The position numbers and the translations under genes were made by a program. The notes under the pieces are model-generated. The model made no database searches. It was not told the DNA's origin and was given only the letters and a program-made list of their open reading frames with translations. Below are positions 38,205-47,226 of a stretch of 64,000 nt of DNA, piece after piece (positions within the stretch are counted from its first letter, which is position 1; each line of letters starts with the position of its first letter). The DNA comes from Treponemataceae bacterium (GTDB lineage Bacteria > Spirochaetota > Spirochaetia > Treponematales > Rectinemataceae), in the NCBI GenBank assembly GCA_963677895.2, contig CAXXGJ010000038.1:416001-480000 (forward strand), given 5' to 3'.

Positions 38205-39611
38205 TTATGTACCCGAAGGCGATTGTTCTTCTTTCAGAGTGATCAGGAAGACCGCGCCGCCGCCCCTTTCCCCGCCTTCGTAGGTCAGGCTTCCCCCGAA
38301 GGACTCGACGAGGCGCTTGGCCAGCGCGAGGCCTATGCCGCTGCCCTTTTCCTTCGTCGTGAAGAAAGGATCGAAAATGCGGGACAGTATTTCGGGGGGC
38401 ACGCCCCTTCCCGAATCCACCACGGCTATGACCCAATTGTTTTCCCTGCGGAAAAGCTTGAGGGCGATCCGCTTTTCTCCGGCCGGGAGATCTTCCACCG
38501 CTTCGATGGCGTTGCGCAGGAGATTGTCCAGCGCGGTGACGAGCTTGTCGGCGTCGGCGAGGACCATGGCCATCCCTTCCGCGGGAATTTCCTGGGCAAG
38601 GCTGATATCCGAATCCTTCAGATCTTGATAGCGGCCGCAGAATGCCGTCAGGAATTGAACGAGATCTAGAGGATCGCGCTGGGCCGGTTTCGATTTCAGG
38701 AATTCGCGGATACGGTCGGCCAATCCCGAGAGTCTCATTATCTCGCCTTCGATGATATCGGCGGACTGGGTCAATGGCGCCGAAGTCTCGGGCTGCGACG
38801 CGATTCGCCTTATCTTGGCCGTCTGGATGCGCATGATGCCGAGAGGATTTTTTATTTCGTGCACAAGGGTTCTGGCCGCCTCCCCGAGCTGGACGAGCTC
38901 CCTCGTCTCCGCTTCGCGGCTCACCAGCTCCTCATTGTGCCTGAATACGAAAATCAGGACGATATACAGTCCAAGGAGAGCGGCGGTGATCAGCGCCGCC
39001 ACGAGGAAAAACTGCAGCCTCTCGGCGCTCAGGCCGTTGGCCGAATATTCCATCCAGATGAGATAGGTACCTGTCAGAGCGTTTTGCGCCGGCGTCGCGA
39101 CCGGATCATCCTGAAGCCCTGGCGAGAGCGGAGCGGCCAGTCTCCCCCTTCCCATGCCCATCCCGGTCCCGTTTCCGCCTGTTCCCATCATCCTGGACGG
39201 ATTCTGCAACCCGGAATAGCGCAAAAGCCGCAATGTCTTCTTGTCCTCCGAGAAAGAAACCGAGACTCCGCCCGGCAGGTCGCCGTTTCGGTTGTCCTGT
39301 CTTCTCGCCCATAGCACGTCCCTGAGCAGAATCGTCTCCGGGGCCGTACCATAGCGCTGGATGGAGCTGCCGTCGATTCGGTAGAAGCCGAAGCCCAAAA
39401 CCCGCTTGTCGCCTTCGGGGGTAAAGGATCTGTCCTGTCGATATTCGTCGACGATGGCGCTGGAAGCCCGAAACGCCTCATACTCGAGGAGGAGGTCCTT
39501 GCGCTCGGTTTCCCTGATCATGATGATCCAGAGCAAGGCCACCGCGCTGAGAAGCACGAAGGCGGAGGCGAACATGAGAACGCGCGCCGATTTATTCTTG
39601 ATGGTCTTCAT
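38205..39611 (-). CDS. membrane sensor histidine kinase
   Basis: Two TM segments; H-box VHEIKNPL, N-box NLLRNA, DSGRG, FDPFFTTK, GSGIGL. Confidence 0.92.
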   Translation of the reverse strand: MKTIKNKSARVLMFASAFVLLSAVALLWIIMIRETERKDLLLEYEAFRASSAIVDEYRQDRSFTPEGDKRVLGFGFYRIDGSSIQRYGTAPETILLRDVLWARRQDNRNGDLPGGVSVSFSEDKKTLRLLRYSGLQNPSRMMGTGGNGTGMGMGRGRLAAPLSPGLQDDPVATPAQNALTGTYLIWMEYSANGLSAERLQFFLVAALITAALLGLYIVLIFVFRHNEELVSREAETRELVQLGEAARTLVHEIKNPLGIMRIQTAKIRRIASQPETSAPLTQSADIIEGEIMRLSGLADRIREFLKSKPAQRDPLDLVQFLTAFCGRYQDLKDSDISLAQEIPAEGMAMVLADADKLVTALDNLLRNAIEAVEDLPAGEKRIALKLFRRENNWVIAVVDSGRGVPPEILSRIFDPFFTTKEKGSGIGLALAKRLVESFGGSLTYEGGERGGGAVFLITLKEEQSPSGT

Positions 39612-39710
39612 GATAGAATGACTGATGATATCATGTCTTCCGCGGCGCCGCCATCCATCCGCGCTTGTCTCGCCGCCGCGCCCCGTGCTACAACAACCTT
39701 GGTTCAGCCA

Positions 39711-41294
39711 ATGAAAAGAGTCATCCAAGCCATCCTGATCGTGGCGTTCATCCTCGCTTTCGGTCTTTTTATCTATTTTTTTGCCCGGATGCAGCAGGAA
39801 AACCTGGCCGCGACATTGCCTGTCGCGGGAAGGGTCGTGGAAATAGAAGCCTTATCGAGCGAAGCGGGCAAAGTCGGCGAAAAATCCACGGCGGCGCAGC
39901 GGTCGAAGATCAACCTGGAATGGGATGAGACTCTGCTCGACGTCGTCGATATGAACCTGGACGAAGACGAAGATCTGGAGCAAATCCTGATCGTGAAGCC
40001 TACCAACACGCAAAACGGAAGGATTTCCATCGTCATCGCCGATTTTCAGCCCAATTCCAGCAGCTATTTCAGACTCTGGAAGGGTGAAACCCTCGCCACA
40101 AAACCCAATGCGGTCGTTGTCCAGCCCAAGGATCTTCTGGCCGACGGGAGCGTCGATCTCTTCTGCTACGGAATAGACGAAGACAATAGGCAAACCCTCA
40201 CGGTATTCAAACGCCCCTCCGCCCGATCCAATTCCTATTACACCGTCTTTTCGGCATCGGGACTGTCCATAAGCTTCGAGGAGCCGGCCGAGGTCGAGGC
40301 CGAAACCGGTATCGACGAATCCAGGTCGAAGAAGACCTTGTCCCAACTTCTGGCTGAACTCCTTCCCAAGGGCAAGGATCCGGTCATGATCAGCGTCTAT
40401 GTGGAAGCTCCCGGTGGGGCATCCCCGCTCGACCAGAAAAGAATCTCGTATTCATGGAATCCTTTCAGCAGGAAATTCGAGCGAGGAGCGGAATCTTTCG
40501 TTCCCGGTGAAAATGTCGAACAGCTTTTCATTAACAGGATTCTCACCGGGCGAGCGGAGGACTTCGACGCCTATCTGAAGGGGCTTTGGATAAAGGAAGA
40601 CGAAAATGGCGCCGTGCCCACCCTCGTCTTCTTCGATCCCGAAGGAAGAAAGATTTCCCTCCATAGCGAGCAGGAACAGCAGCAATGGGACTGGGGCAAA
40701 TCGAACGCGGCCTTCGCGGGAATTTACGCGCCTATTTCCAACAGCGCCGTGCCCGATATGATCCGCCTTCTCGGCATCGATCTCGTGGGTTTGGATAAGG
40801 TGAGGATACGAGCCACGGCGCAGCAGATCGTCAAGTTCGCCATGAAGGAGGACTGGAACGGTGTCTACCGACGCCCGCCTGAAGAAAACACGATGTTAGG
40901 CGCGAAAAGTTTTAAAGTGCTGCCCGCCGAGACATACTTCAGCGTGGAGCTCGATGGCAGCCAGGCTGAGACAGTCTTGAGACCGGAAGATTTCGACGGT
41001 TACTACGCTTCGGAAAACGGCATGCGGCTCGACCTGGTCGGGGGAAAATTCAGGCTGAGTCCATCTTCGCGGGGATTCTTCTCGCTATTCCAGGTCGAGG
41101 ACGCGGTCATACTGGATCTCAGCCTCATCGATGACAAATCCATTCCGTCCGGCAGACTCAGCTATATCGTTAAAATCAGGCTGGGAAAAAACGATGGAAT
41201 CAGCACGCTTATCCTTCAGCCCGCTCAGGTTCTTTCCGACAGGGTGGAAAGACTGTACCAGCCCGATATCCTGCTCCGGAAACTCGACGACTAA
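39711..41294 (+). CDS. membrane-anchored exported protein, pallilysin-related adhesin-like
   Basis: N-terminal anchor; NLDEDEDLEQILIVK and DLLADGSVDL Ca-loop-like motifs; family assignment from recall only. Confidence 0.55.
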   Translation: MKRVIQAILIVAFILAFGLFIYFFARMQQENLAATLPVAGRVVEIEALSSEAGKVGEKSTAAQRSKINLEWDETLLDVVDMNLDEDEDLEQILIVKPTNTQNGRISIVIADFQPNSSSYFRLWKGETLATKPNAVVVQPKDLLADGSVDLFCYGIDEDNRQTLTVFKRPSARSNSYYTVFSASGLSISFEEPAEVEAETGIDESRSKKTLSQLLAELLPKGKDPVMISVYVEAPGGASPLDQKRISYSWNPFSRKFERGAESFVPGENVEQLFINRILTGRAEDFDAYLKGLWIKEDENGAVPTLVFFDPEGRKISLHSEQEQQQWDWGKSNAAFAGIYAPISNSAVPDMIRLLGIDLVGLDKVRIRATAQQIVKFAMKEDWNGVYRRPPEENTMLGAKSFKVLPAETYFSVELDGSQAETVLRPEDFDGYYASENGMRLDLVGGKFRLSPSSRGFFSLFQVEDAVILDLSLIDDKSIPSGRLSYIVKIRLGKNDGISTLILQPAQVLSDRVERLYQPDILLRKLDD

Positions 41295-42406
41295 GGCAGG
41301 AGATATGACTCGTATCCCAGGTCCTTGAGTTTGGCCTGGGTCTTGGACCAATCCCCCGACGCATCCACGATCACCGCCCAGCGCAGTTCGCCCTCTTTCG
41401 TCTTCTGCTCGTCGGTTTTAGCCGAAAATCCCAATTTTACGAGTTTCGCGGTCAAGGTCGTGGCATTTTCCCTGCGAGAAAACCACCCTACCTGCAGCTG
41501 CGTCGAGGAACTCTCCGATTCAGCTGACTGGGTTTTGGGAACCTCAGGCTTGGCCAGGCTGCGCTCCCCGTCCGTCACGCCCGTCACTGTCCGGGAGGGC
41601 GAATAGAGCGCCGACAGGAGCCAGGAAGCCGGCTTGGCGAGCACTTCTTTCCTGGTAAGAGCTTGTTCCATGGAGCCGGGGAACTCGGTCCGGAGCATGG
41701 TTTCCACGCTTCTCGCGTCCAGCCCCTTGGTGGAAACCTTGAATTCCACGAATTCGGGCGAGCCGGCCGCCAGCCAGAGCAGAAAAAGAGCCTCGCGCCG
41801 CGAGGCTTGGCCGCCTTTCTCCGAGACAAGAGGCTGCGACAGTATGAAGGCCTTCTCCGGCTCGCCTTCGAACAGATAGAGCCAGGAAAGGGCGAGCCGT
41901 CGAGCCGGTTCCCAGGATTCCCCTTCCTCGTCGCCGGGGACAAGATCCAGCTGCGTTTTTGCCGCTGCGGTATTTCCCGCCGCCAGGTAGCAACGAGCTG
42001 CCTTGAGGTTCAAGTCGGGGTGAATTCCCGCGGCGGCTGTCGATCCCTGCGAATACAAGGAAGCGGCATCGTCATAGCGTCCCGCCAAGAGGGCGATGGA
42101 GCCCGCGAAAGCGGCCAGGTCGGCGCATTGCGCCGCCGGGGCCTTGGGCAGGAATTCCCTGCAGAGAGCGACGGCGTCGTGGAGGGGCAGCGCGAGCGCG
42201 TAGGCTTCCAGATAGTTGCCGAAGGCTTCCTTTCCCGTCATTTTGGCGACGGCGCTTCTGGCCGCCGCGAGTGTCGGCTCTCCGATAATTTTAGGCGTTG
42301 ACGGTACGGCCGGCGCGGTTGGCGCCGTGGGCGGTTTGGAGCTTTGCCCAAAAGCCGCGGCGGCCATGAAAACGAGAAAAAGCAGCGCCGTCAGTTTTCT
42401 ATTCAT
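41291..42406 (-). CDS. exported TPR-like + SPOR domain protein
   Basis: Signal peptide, helical repeats, C-terminal LQVGWFSRRENA..L..KL..LGF...KLKDLGYES. Confidence 0.85.
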   Translation of the reverse strand: MNRKLTALLFLVFMAAAAFGQSSKPPTAPTAPAVPSTPKIIGEPTLAAARSAVAKMTGKEAFGNYLEAYALALPLHDAVALCREFLPKAPAAQCADLAAFAGSIALLAGRYDDAASLYSQGSTAAAGIHPDLNLKAARCYLAAGNTAAAKTQLDLVPGDEEGESWEPARRLALSWLYLFEGEPEKAFILSQPLVSEKGGQASRREALFLLWLAAGSPEFVEFKVSTKGLDARSVETMLRTEFPGSMEQALTRKEVLAKPASWLLSALYSPSRTVTGVTDGERSLAKPEVPKTQSAESESSSTQLQVGWFSRRENATTLTAKLVKLGFSAKTDEQKTKEGELRWAVIVDASGDWSKTQAKLKDLGYESYLLP

Positions 42407-43769
42407 GCACCTCTTCCGCCCTGAACGTGTTGCCCGATTTCGCGGACAGCTTAACCCGCGCGAATTGGCCTATCCTGGATGGATCGGCCGGCAGCACGAC
42501 CATTTCGTCCCTGGCCGTCCTGGCCAGCATTTCCTTCGAGGACCGCCGGGATTTGCCCTCGATGAGCACTTCGTCCACGGCTCCAAATCTTTCCGCCATG
42601 AGCTCCGTGCTTATTTCCTTCTGGAGGGCGATAACCCGCGCCAGTCTCGCTTTCTTGACCTTGTCGGGAACCCTGTCCGGCAATTCAATCGCCGGAGTGC
42701 CATCCCTCGGATTGAAATGATACATGAAAGCGAAAGCGAAACGTACTTTCCTCATCAAGTCGAGGGTTTCCTCCAGATCTTCCTCCGTCTCCCCAGGAAA
42801 GCCCACGAGGATGTCGGTGGACAGGGAGAGGCCGGGAATGCCGGCTCTCATCATGTCAACGAGGCCAAGAAAGTATTCCTTCGTATATTTTCGGTTCATA
42901 AGGGCGAGAACTCGATTGGAACCGGACTGAATGCACAGATGGATATGCCGGCAGAAAATCGGTTCCTCGGCGATCACCCGGACAAGCTCCTCGGAAAGGT
43001 CCTTGGGGTGACTGGTGAGAAAACGTATCCAGCCGATGCCGGCCGTGGCGGTATGGCTAGCCGCGCCGGCCGCGCTCGCTTCCCCGGCCGCGCGCCCTTT
43101 TTCCCGCAGGTGAGCCGCGATTAGCCTGAGCAGCCCGGGGAAGTCGATGCCGCCTTCCTCTCCCGCCCAGCGGTAGGAATTGACGTTCTGCCCCAGGAGG
43201 GTAACCTCACGCACGCCCGCCGCCTCGAGACCGTCCAGCTCGGCCAGGATGTCCGCGGGCGAACGCGAAATTTCCCTGCCGCGTACGTGGGGCACGATGC
43301 AGTAGCTGCAGAAGTTGTTGCAGCCGTGCATGATGGGCACGAAGGCCCTGAAAGCGCCCGGATCGTGGTGGGTTTTCGAGAAGACATATGAAGGCGATTC
43401 ATCGGCCAGATTATAATGCGTACCGGCCGCTATCTGGTCCAGCACGAGGCCGAAGGACTGCTTTTGGAAGGTGCCCAAAACGTAGTCGATTTCCGGCGTC
43501 CGCTTCCTCATCTCTTCGTGATACTGCTCCGCCATGCAGCCCACCACCATGAGGGCGAATTTTCGCCTGCGCTTTTCGGCCGCGAAAAGGGAAATCCTTG
43601 CCCAGGCGCGGTTTTCGGCCGTCGCCCGGACGGTGCAGGTGTTGATCAGGACGAGATCGGCTTCTTCCCTGGCTCCGCTCCGCCAGCCATGTTCGCGCAG
43701 CATTGTCTCCAGGGCCGCGGACTCTGCTTTATTCATCTCGCAGCCGTATGTTTCGAGGTAGTACTTCAT
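42399..43769 (-). CDS. miaB: tRNA-2-methylthio-N6-dimethylallyladenosine synthase
   Basis: TYGCEMN, NTCTVR, GCMA, GCNNFCSYCIVP..RGRE.SR, LLGQNVNSY, TRAM domain. Confidence 0.95.
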   Translation of the reverse strand: MKYYLETYGCEMNKAESAALETMLREHGWRSGAREEADLVLINTCTVRATAENRAWARISLFAAEKRRRKFALMVVGCMAEQYHEEMRKRTPEIDYVLGTFQKQSFGLVLDQIAAGTHYNLADESPSYVFSKTHHDPGAFRAFVPIMHGCNNFCSYCIVPHVRGREISRSPADILAELDGLEAAGVREVTLLGQNVNSYRWAGEEGGIDFPGLLRLIAAHLREKGRAAGEASAAGAASHTATAGIGWIRFLTSHPKDLSEELVRVIAEEPIFCRHIHLCIQSGSNRVLALMNRKYTKEYFLGLVDMMRAGIPGLSLSTDILVGFPGETEEDLEETLDLMRKVRFAFAFMYHFNPRDGTPAIELPDRVPDKVKKARLARVIALQKEISTELMAERFGAVDEVLIEGKSRRSSKEMLARTARDEMVVLPADPSRIGQFARVKLSAKSGNTFRAEEVHE

Positions 43770-43783
43770 TGAATGGATATCCG

Positions 43784-44140
43784 TCAGTTCTTTTTGCGAA
43801 GCCCCGTCAGGAAGCCTCCGATGTTCGCGAGACCGTAGATGAGAAGCCCGATGCCGCCCAGGCTGAGGAGGCTATGCGCGATACCCGGCAGGAACATGGT
43901 CGTAAGGCCGGCGATGCCGGCCACCGTGAAGACCGTTCCCGATACTTTGTCGGTCTTGGTCTTGCCGAAGACGCCCATGGCGCCGAGCACGAGCATGCCC
44001 GCGGAAAGAGCCCAGCCCAGTACTGGTATGCCGAGGAGCGCGTTGATGCCGAGAAGGCCGACGCCCGCCCCGGCCGACATTATGCCCTTGGTGCCTTTTT
44101 CGCTTAAGTCTTTCTGCTCGACGGGATATTTATCGGACAT
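43784..44140 (-). CDS. small Gly-rich integral membrane protein
   Basis: About four hydrophobic segments; SD AAGGAG; lies within the folE2-miaB operon. Confidence 0.7.
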   Translation of the reverse strand: MSDKYPVEQKDLSEKGTKGIMSAGAGVGLLGINALLGIPVLGWALSAGMLVLGAMGVFGKTKTDKVSGTVFTVAGIAGLTTMFLPGIAHSLLSLGGIGLLIYGLANIGGFLTGLRKKN

Positions 44141-44152
44141 AGTCGCTCCTTT

Positions 44153-44920
44153 TCAGTTTTTTTCTACAAAGGCATACGCCGAATGATTATGTATGCTTTC
44201 GAAGTTCTCGGCTTCGACGGAGAACTTTGGAAACTTTCCCAGTTTGTCCACTTTTAAATATACTTCTCGCACAAGGTCCTCGACAAACCTCGGACGGTCA
44301 TATGACCTTTCGGTGACATATTTTTCGTCCTCGCGCTTTAGCAGGGTGTAGAGATCGCTGGAGGCGGAATCCTCCACGATGGCGATCATGTCCTCGAACC
44401 AGAAAAACGGCCCCAGGGCGACCTTCAGGGTCACGAGTCCCCTCTGGTTGTGCGCCCCCTGGCTGGATATGGCCTTCGAGCAGGGACAGACGGTCTGCAC
44501 GGGAACGGTCACGCCGGCGATGAAAGAATGGCCTGCCGCCGAAACCTTCCCCTCGTAGGAACAATCGTAGCTCATTATCGAAGTCTGCCCCGAAACGGGC
44601 GCCGCCTTCTGGATGAAATAGGGAAAGTGTATGTCGGAATAAGCCGTTTCGGCTTCCAGCTCCGCGCGTATTTTCTGGAGCATCTTGAGGAAATTGGGCA
44701 TCGAAAGGTCCGAGCGGAATTCCTCGAAAACCTCGATGAAGCGGCTCATGTGCGTGCCCTTGAATTCGTGGGGAAGGTCGGCGTAGAGATTGACGACGGC
44801 CGTGGTGTGCTGGATCTGGGCGGTCTTATCCCTGAGCGTTATCGGATAACGCACGCCTTTCACGCCCACTTTCTGGATGGGGATGCGGCGCTCATCTTTC
44901 ATGGATTGAACATCGACCAT
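44153..44920 (-). CDS. folE2: GTP cyclohydrolase I type 2
   Basis: DVQS, KGTHMSRF, VCPCSK.IS..GAHNQR, LKREDEKYVTE, FVEDLVR, ESIHNHSA. Confidence 0.97.
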   Translation of the reverse strand: MVDVQSMKDERRIPIQKVGVKGVRYPITLRDKTAQIQHTTAVVNLYADLPHEFKGTHMSRFIEVFEEFRSDLSMPNFLKMLQKIRAELEAETAYSDIHFPYFIQKAAPVSGQTSIMSYDCSYEGKVSAAGHSFIAGVTVPVQTVCPCSKAISSQGAHNQRGLVTLKVALGPFFWFEDMIAIVEDSASSDLYTLLKREDEKYVTERSYDRPRFVEDLVREVYLKVDKLGKFPKFSVEAENFESIHNHSAYAFVEKN

Positions 44921-44960
44921 GGATTGCTCGACCTCCGGGTCGTTTCTTTTCAGTCGGCCC

Positions 44961-45836
44961 TCATGTGGCCGAACGGGATGCTGCTTCGACAGTATTGGCG
45001 AGAAGCATGGTGATCGTCATGGGTCCGACGCCGCCCGGCACGGGCGTAATCCATCCCGCCACCCTGGACGCCGCTTCGAAATCCACGTCGCCGGTCAATC
45101 GATAGCCCTTGGCCGCCGCGGCGTCTTCCACCCGGTTCACGCCGACATCGATGACGCAGGCGCCAGGCTTGACCATGTCGCCGCGTATAAGGCCGGCTTT
45201 CCCGGCACATGCTATTAGAATATCGGCGTTCTTGCAATACGACGCCAGATCTTTCGTCCCCGTATGGCAGACCGTCACCGTGGCGTTGATGGATTTACGC
45301 ACAAGCAGGTTCATGAGGGGTTTGCCGACGATATTGGACCTGCCCACGACGACGACATTGGCGCCCCTTGTCGGGATTCCGCTCCGCTTTATCATCTCGA
45401 GGATGCCGGCCGGCGTGCAAGGCAGGTAGCAGGGTTCCTCGAGGAACATCCTGCCTATATTTATCGGCGTGAATCCGTCCACGTCCTTGTCCGGTGAAAT
45501 CGCCGCTATCACCGCGTTTTCGTCTATATGGCCGGGAAGCGGAAGCTGGACGAGTATTCCGTGCACCCTGTCGTCGCCGTTATAGGCCTTCACCAGGGCC
45601 AGGAGTTCTTCCTGACTCGTCGACGCGGGAAGATGGCGTCCATAGCTGGCGATCCCCGCCTCGGCGCAGGCCTTTTCCTTTCCGGTAACGTAGGAAAGGG
45701 AGGCCGGATCCTCGCCCACCAGGACGACGGCCAAACCCGGCACGATGCCTTGGGCGGCGAGCGCCTGCACTCTTGTTTTTATTTCCGCGCGGATTTCTTT
45801 CGCGATTTCCTTTCCGTTTATGATGGCAGCCGGCAT
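44961..45836 (-). CDS. folD: methylenetetrahydrofolate dehydrogenase/cyclohydrolase
   Basis: PGLAVVLVG, GILVQLPLP, KDVDG, PCTP, GRSNIVGKP, IDVG, TPVPGGVGPMT. Confidence 0.97.
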   Translation of the reverse strand: MPAAIINGKEIAKEIRAEIKTRVQALAAQGIVPGLAVVLVGEDPASLSYVTGKEKACAEAGIASYGRHLPASTSQEELLALVKAYNGDDRVHGILVQLPLPGHIDENAVIAAISPDKDVDGFTPINIGRMFLEEPCYLPCTPAGILEMIKRSGIPTRGANVVVVGRSNIVGKPLMNLLVRKSINATVTVCHTGTKDLASYCKNADILIACAGKAGLIRGDMVKPGACVIDVGVNRVEDAAAAKGYRLTGDVDFEAASRVAGWITPVPGGVGPMTITMLLANTVEAASRSAT

Positions 45837-45857
45837 TTTGTCCCCTCCTTTATTCAA

Positions 45858-47066
45858 TCATCTACTATAGTGAAGAAACCTATCGAAATACGCTCTGTAT
45901 TTCGCGGCGGCCAGCCTGGCATCCTCGGGATCTATGATCAGGCTGAAGGCGAAATACGCTTCTTTTTCCATGTCGAAGAAAAATCCCGGATGCACGTAGA
46001 TTCCTTCATCGTGCAGAAGACCCCGCGCGAGCTCTTCCTCGCCGGCGAAACGCGGACTCTGCACGAGGGCCGTCCAGCCGCCCTCGCAGGCGAGGACCCG
46101 ATGCGGCGAGCCCTCGTATTCCAGGATGTCCCGGTAAATGCCGTAGACGTTCCGCATGCGTTCCCGCACCGCCGAAACCGTTTCGTCCTCCCTTGAAAGA
46201 AGCTTGCCCACGGCGTTCATGATAGGCGTTCCCGCGGAAAGGAAGGCGTCGGAGATGAGCTCGAGGGAGCCGATGGCGCTCGTGACCTCTTCCTCGGGAC
46301 CCGAGACCGAAATCCAGCCCAGCTTCATCTGCGGTAGACAGAGCCGCTTGGAAAGGCCATCGAGAACGAAGGTGAGGACCTCTTCCCTGCCGCGAAGGGA
46401 GACCCTCCCCTCCCTGGGCTCGAGTTCGTATCCATGGAATACTTCATCGGAAATGATGGCCAGGGAATGGACGCGGCAGAGCTCAGTAATGGCAGCCAGT
46501 TCCGTTTCGTGCAGGTAGGAACCGGTGGGGTTGTTGGGATTGATGAGGACAATGGCCTTGACGCTTGCGCCGTCCGGGCCTTCCAGTATTTCCTGAATGG
46601 AGGAAAGGTCGATGCGCCAGCCGTAAGGATGACGATATTCGAGCCTGTAGCCCAGAGCCCGCACCGATTCCAAGGCCGCCAGATGGTCGAAAAGAGGATA
46701 TCCCGGTCTCGGCACGAGAACCGATTCGCCGGGATCGCAGAGAAGCTTGAAAAGGTAGGAATATGCTTCCGAAGTCGACGCGCAGAGAATAAGATGGTTC
46801 CCGTCGACGCTTTTCCCGGATAGCGACAGATGGGAGGCTATGTCGGCGCGTCCGCGCGCCAAACCCTTGGGGTCGGGAGAATAGAGGCGGTTTTCGTCGC
46901 TGGAAAGCGCCAGCGCCAGCTCCGAAGCCTGATGGGCGAATCCGGTCTTCGTGGGATTCGACTGCGACAGGTCGAAAACAGGCAGGTCCAGGCGTTTTCG
47001 CTCGCTTCGCTCCAGTTCCAGATCGTTTCGGGCGGCGGAAAAATCAATGCGTTTCGAGAAGTTCAT
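45858..47066 (-). CDS. PLP-dependent aminotransferase class I/II
   Basis: INPNNPTG, ISDEVF, GLSKR..LPQMKLGW. Confidence 0.9.
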   Translation of the reverse strand: MNFSKRIDFSAARNDLELERSERKRLDLPVFDLSQSNPTKTGFAHQASELALALSSDENRLYSPDPKGLARGRADIASHLSLSGKSVDGNHLILCASTSEAYSYLFKLLCDPGESVLVPRPGYPLFDHLAALESVRALGYRLEYRHPYGWRIDLSSIQEILEGPDGASVKAIVLINPNNPTGSYLHETELAAITELCRVHSLAIISDEVFHGYELEPREGRVSLRGREEVLTFVLDGLSKRLCLPQMKLGWISVSGPEEEVTSAIGSLELISDAFLSAGTPIMNAVGKLLSREDETVSAVRERMRNVYGIYRDILEYEGSPHRVLACEGGWTALVQSPRFAGEEELARGLLHDEGIYVHPGFFFDMEKEAYFAFSLIIDPEDARLAAAKYRAYFDRFLHYSR

Positions 47067-47175
47067 TTCGCCGTAGTATATTGAATAAGCGAGCCTTATA
47101 ACAAGATACGGAAGGAAGGCGAACCTCCAGGAATCCAGCGGCGCCAAGCCTGAAACCCATTGCGTCGATGCATGA

Positions 47176-47211
47176 TTGACTGGATAAAGCTTATATAGTA
47201 TTATCTATATA
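47176..47211 (+). promoter_or_regulatory. sigma70 promoter with palindromic operator centred on the -10
   Basis: TTGACT-17-TATTAT; inverted repeat TATATAG-tattat-CTATATA at 47192-47211. Confidence 0.7.
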
Positions 47212-47226
47212 TAAGGAGTCTTTAAT

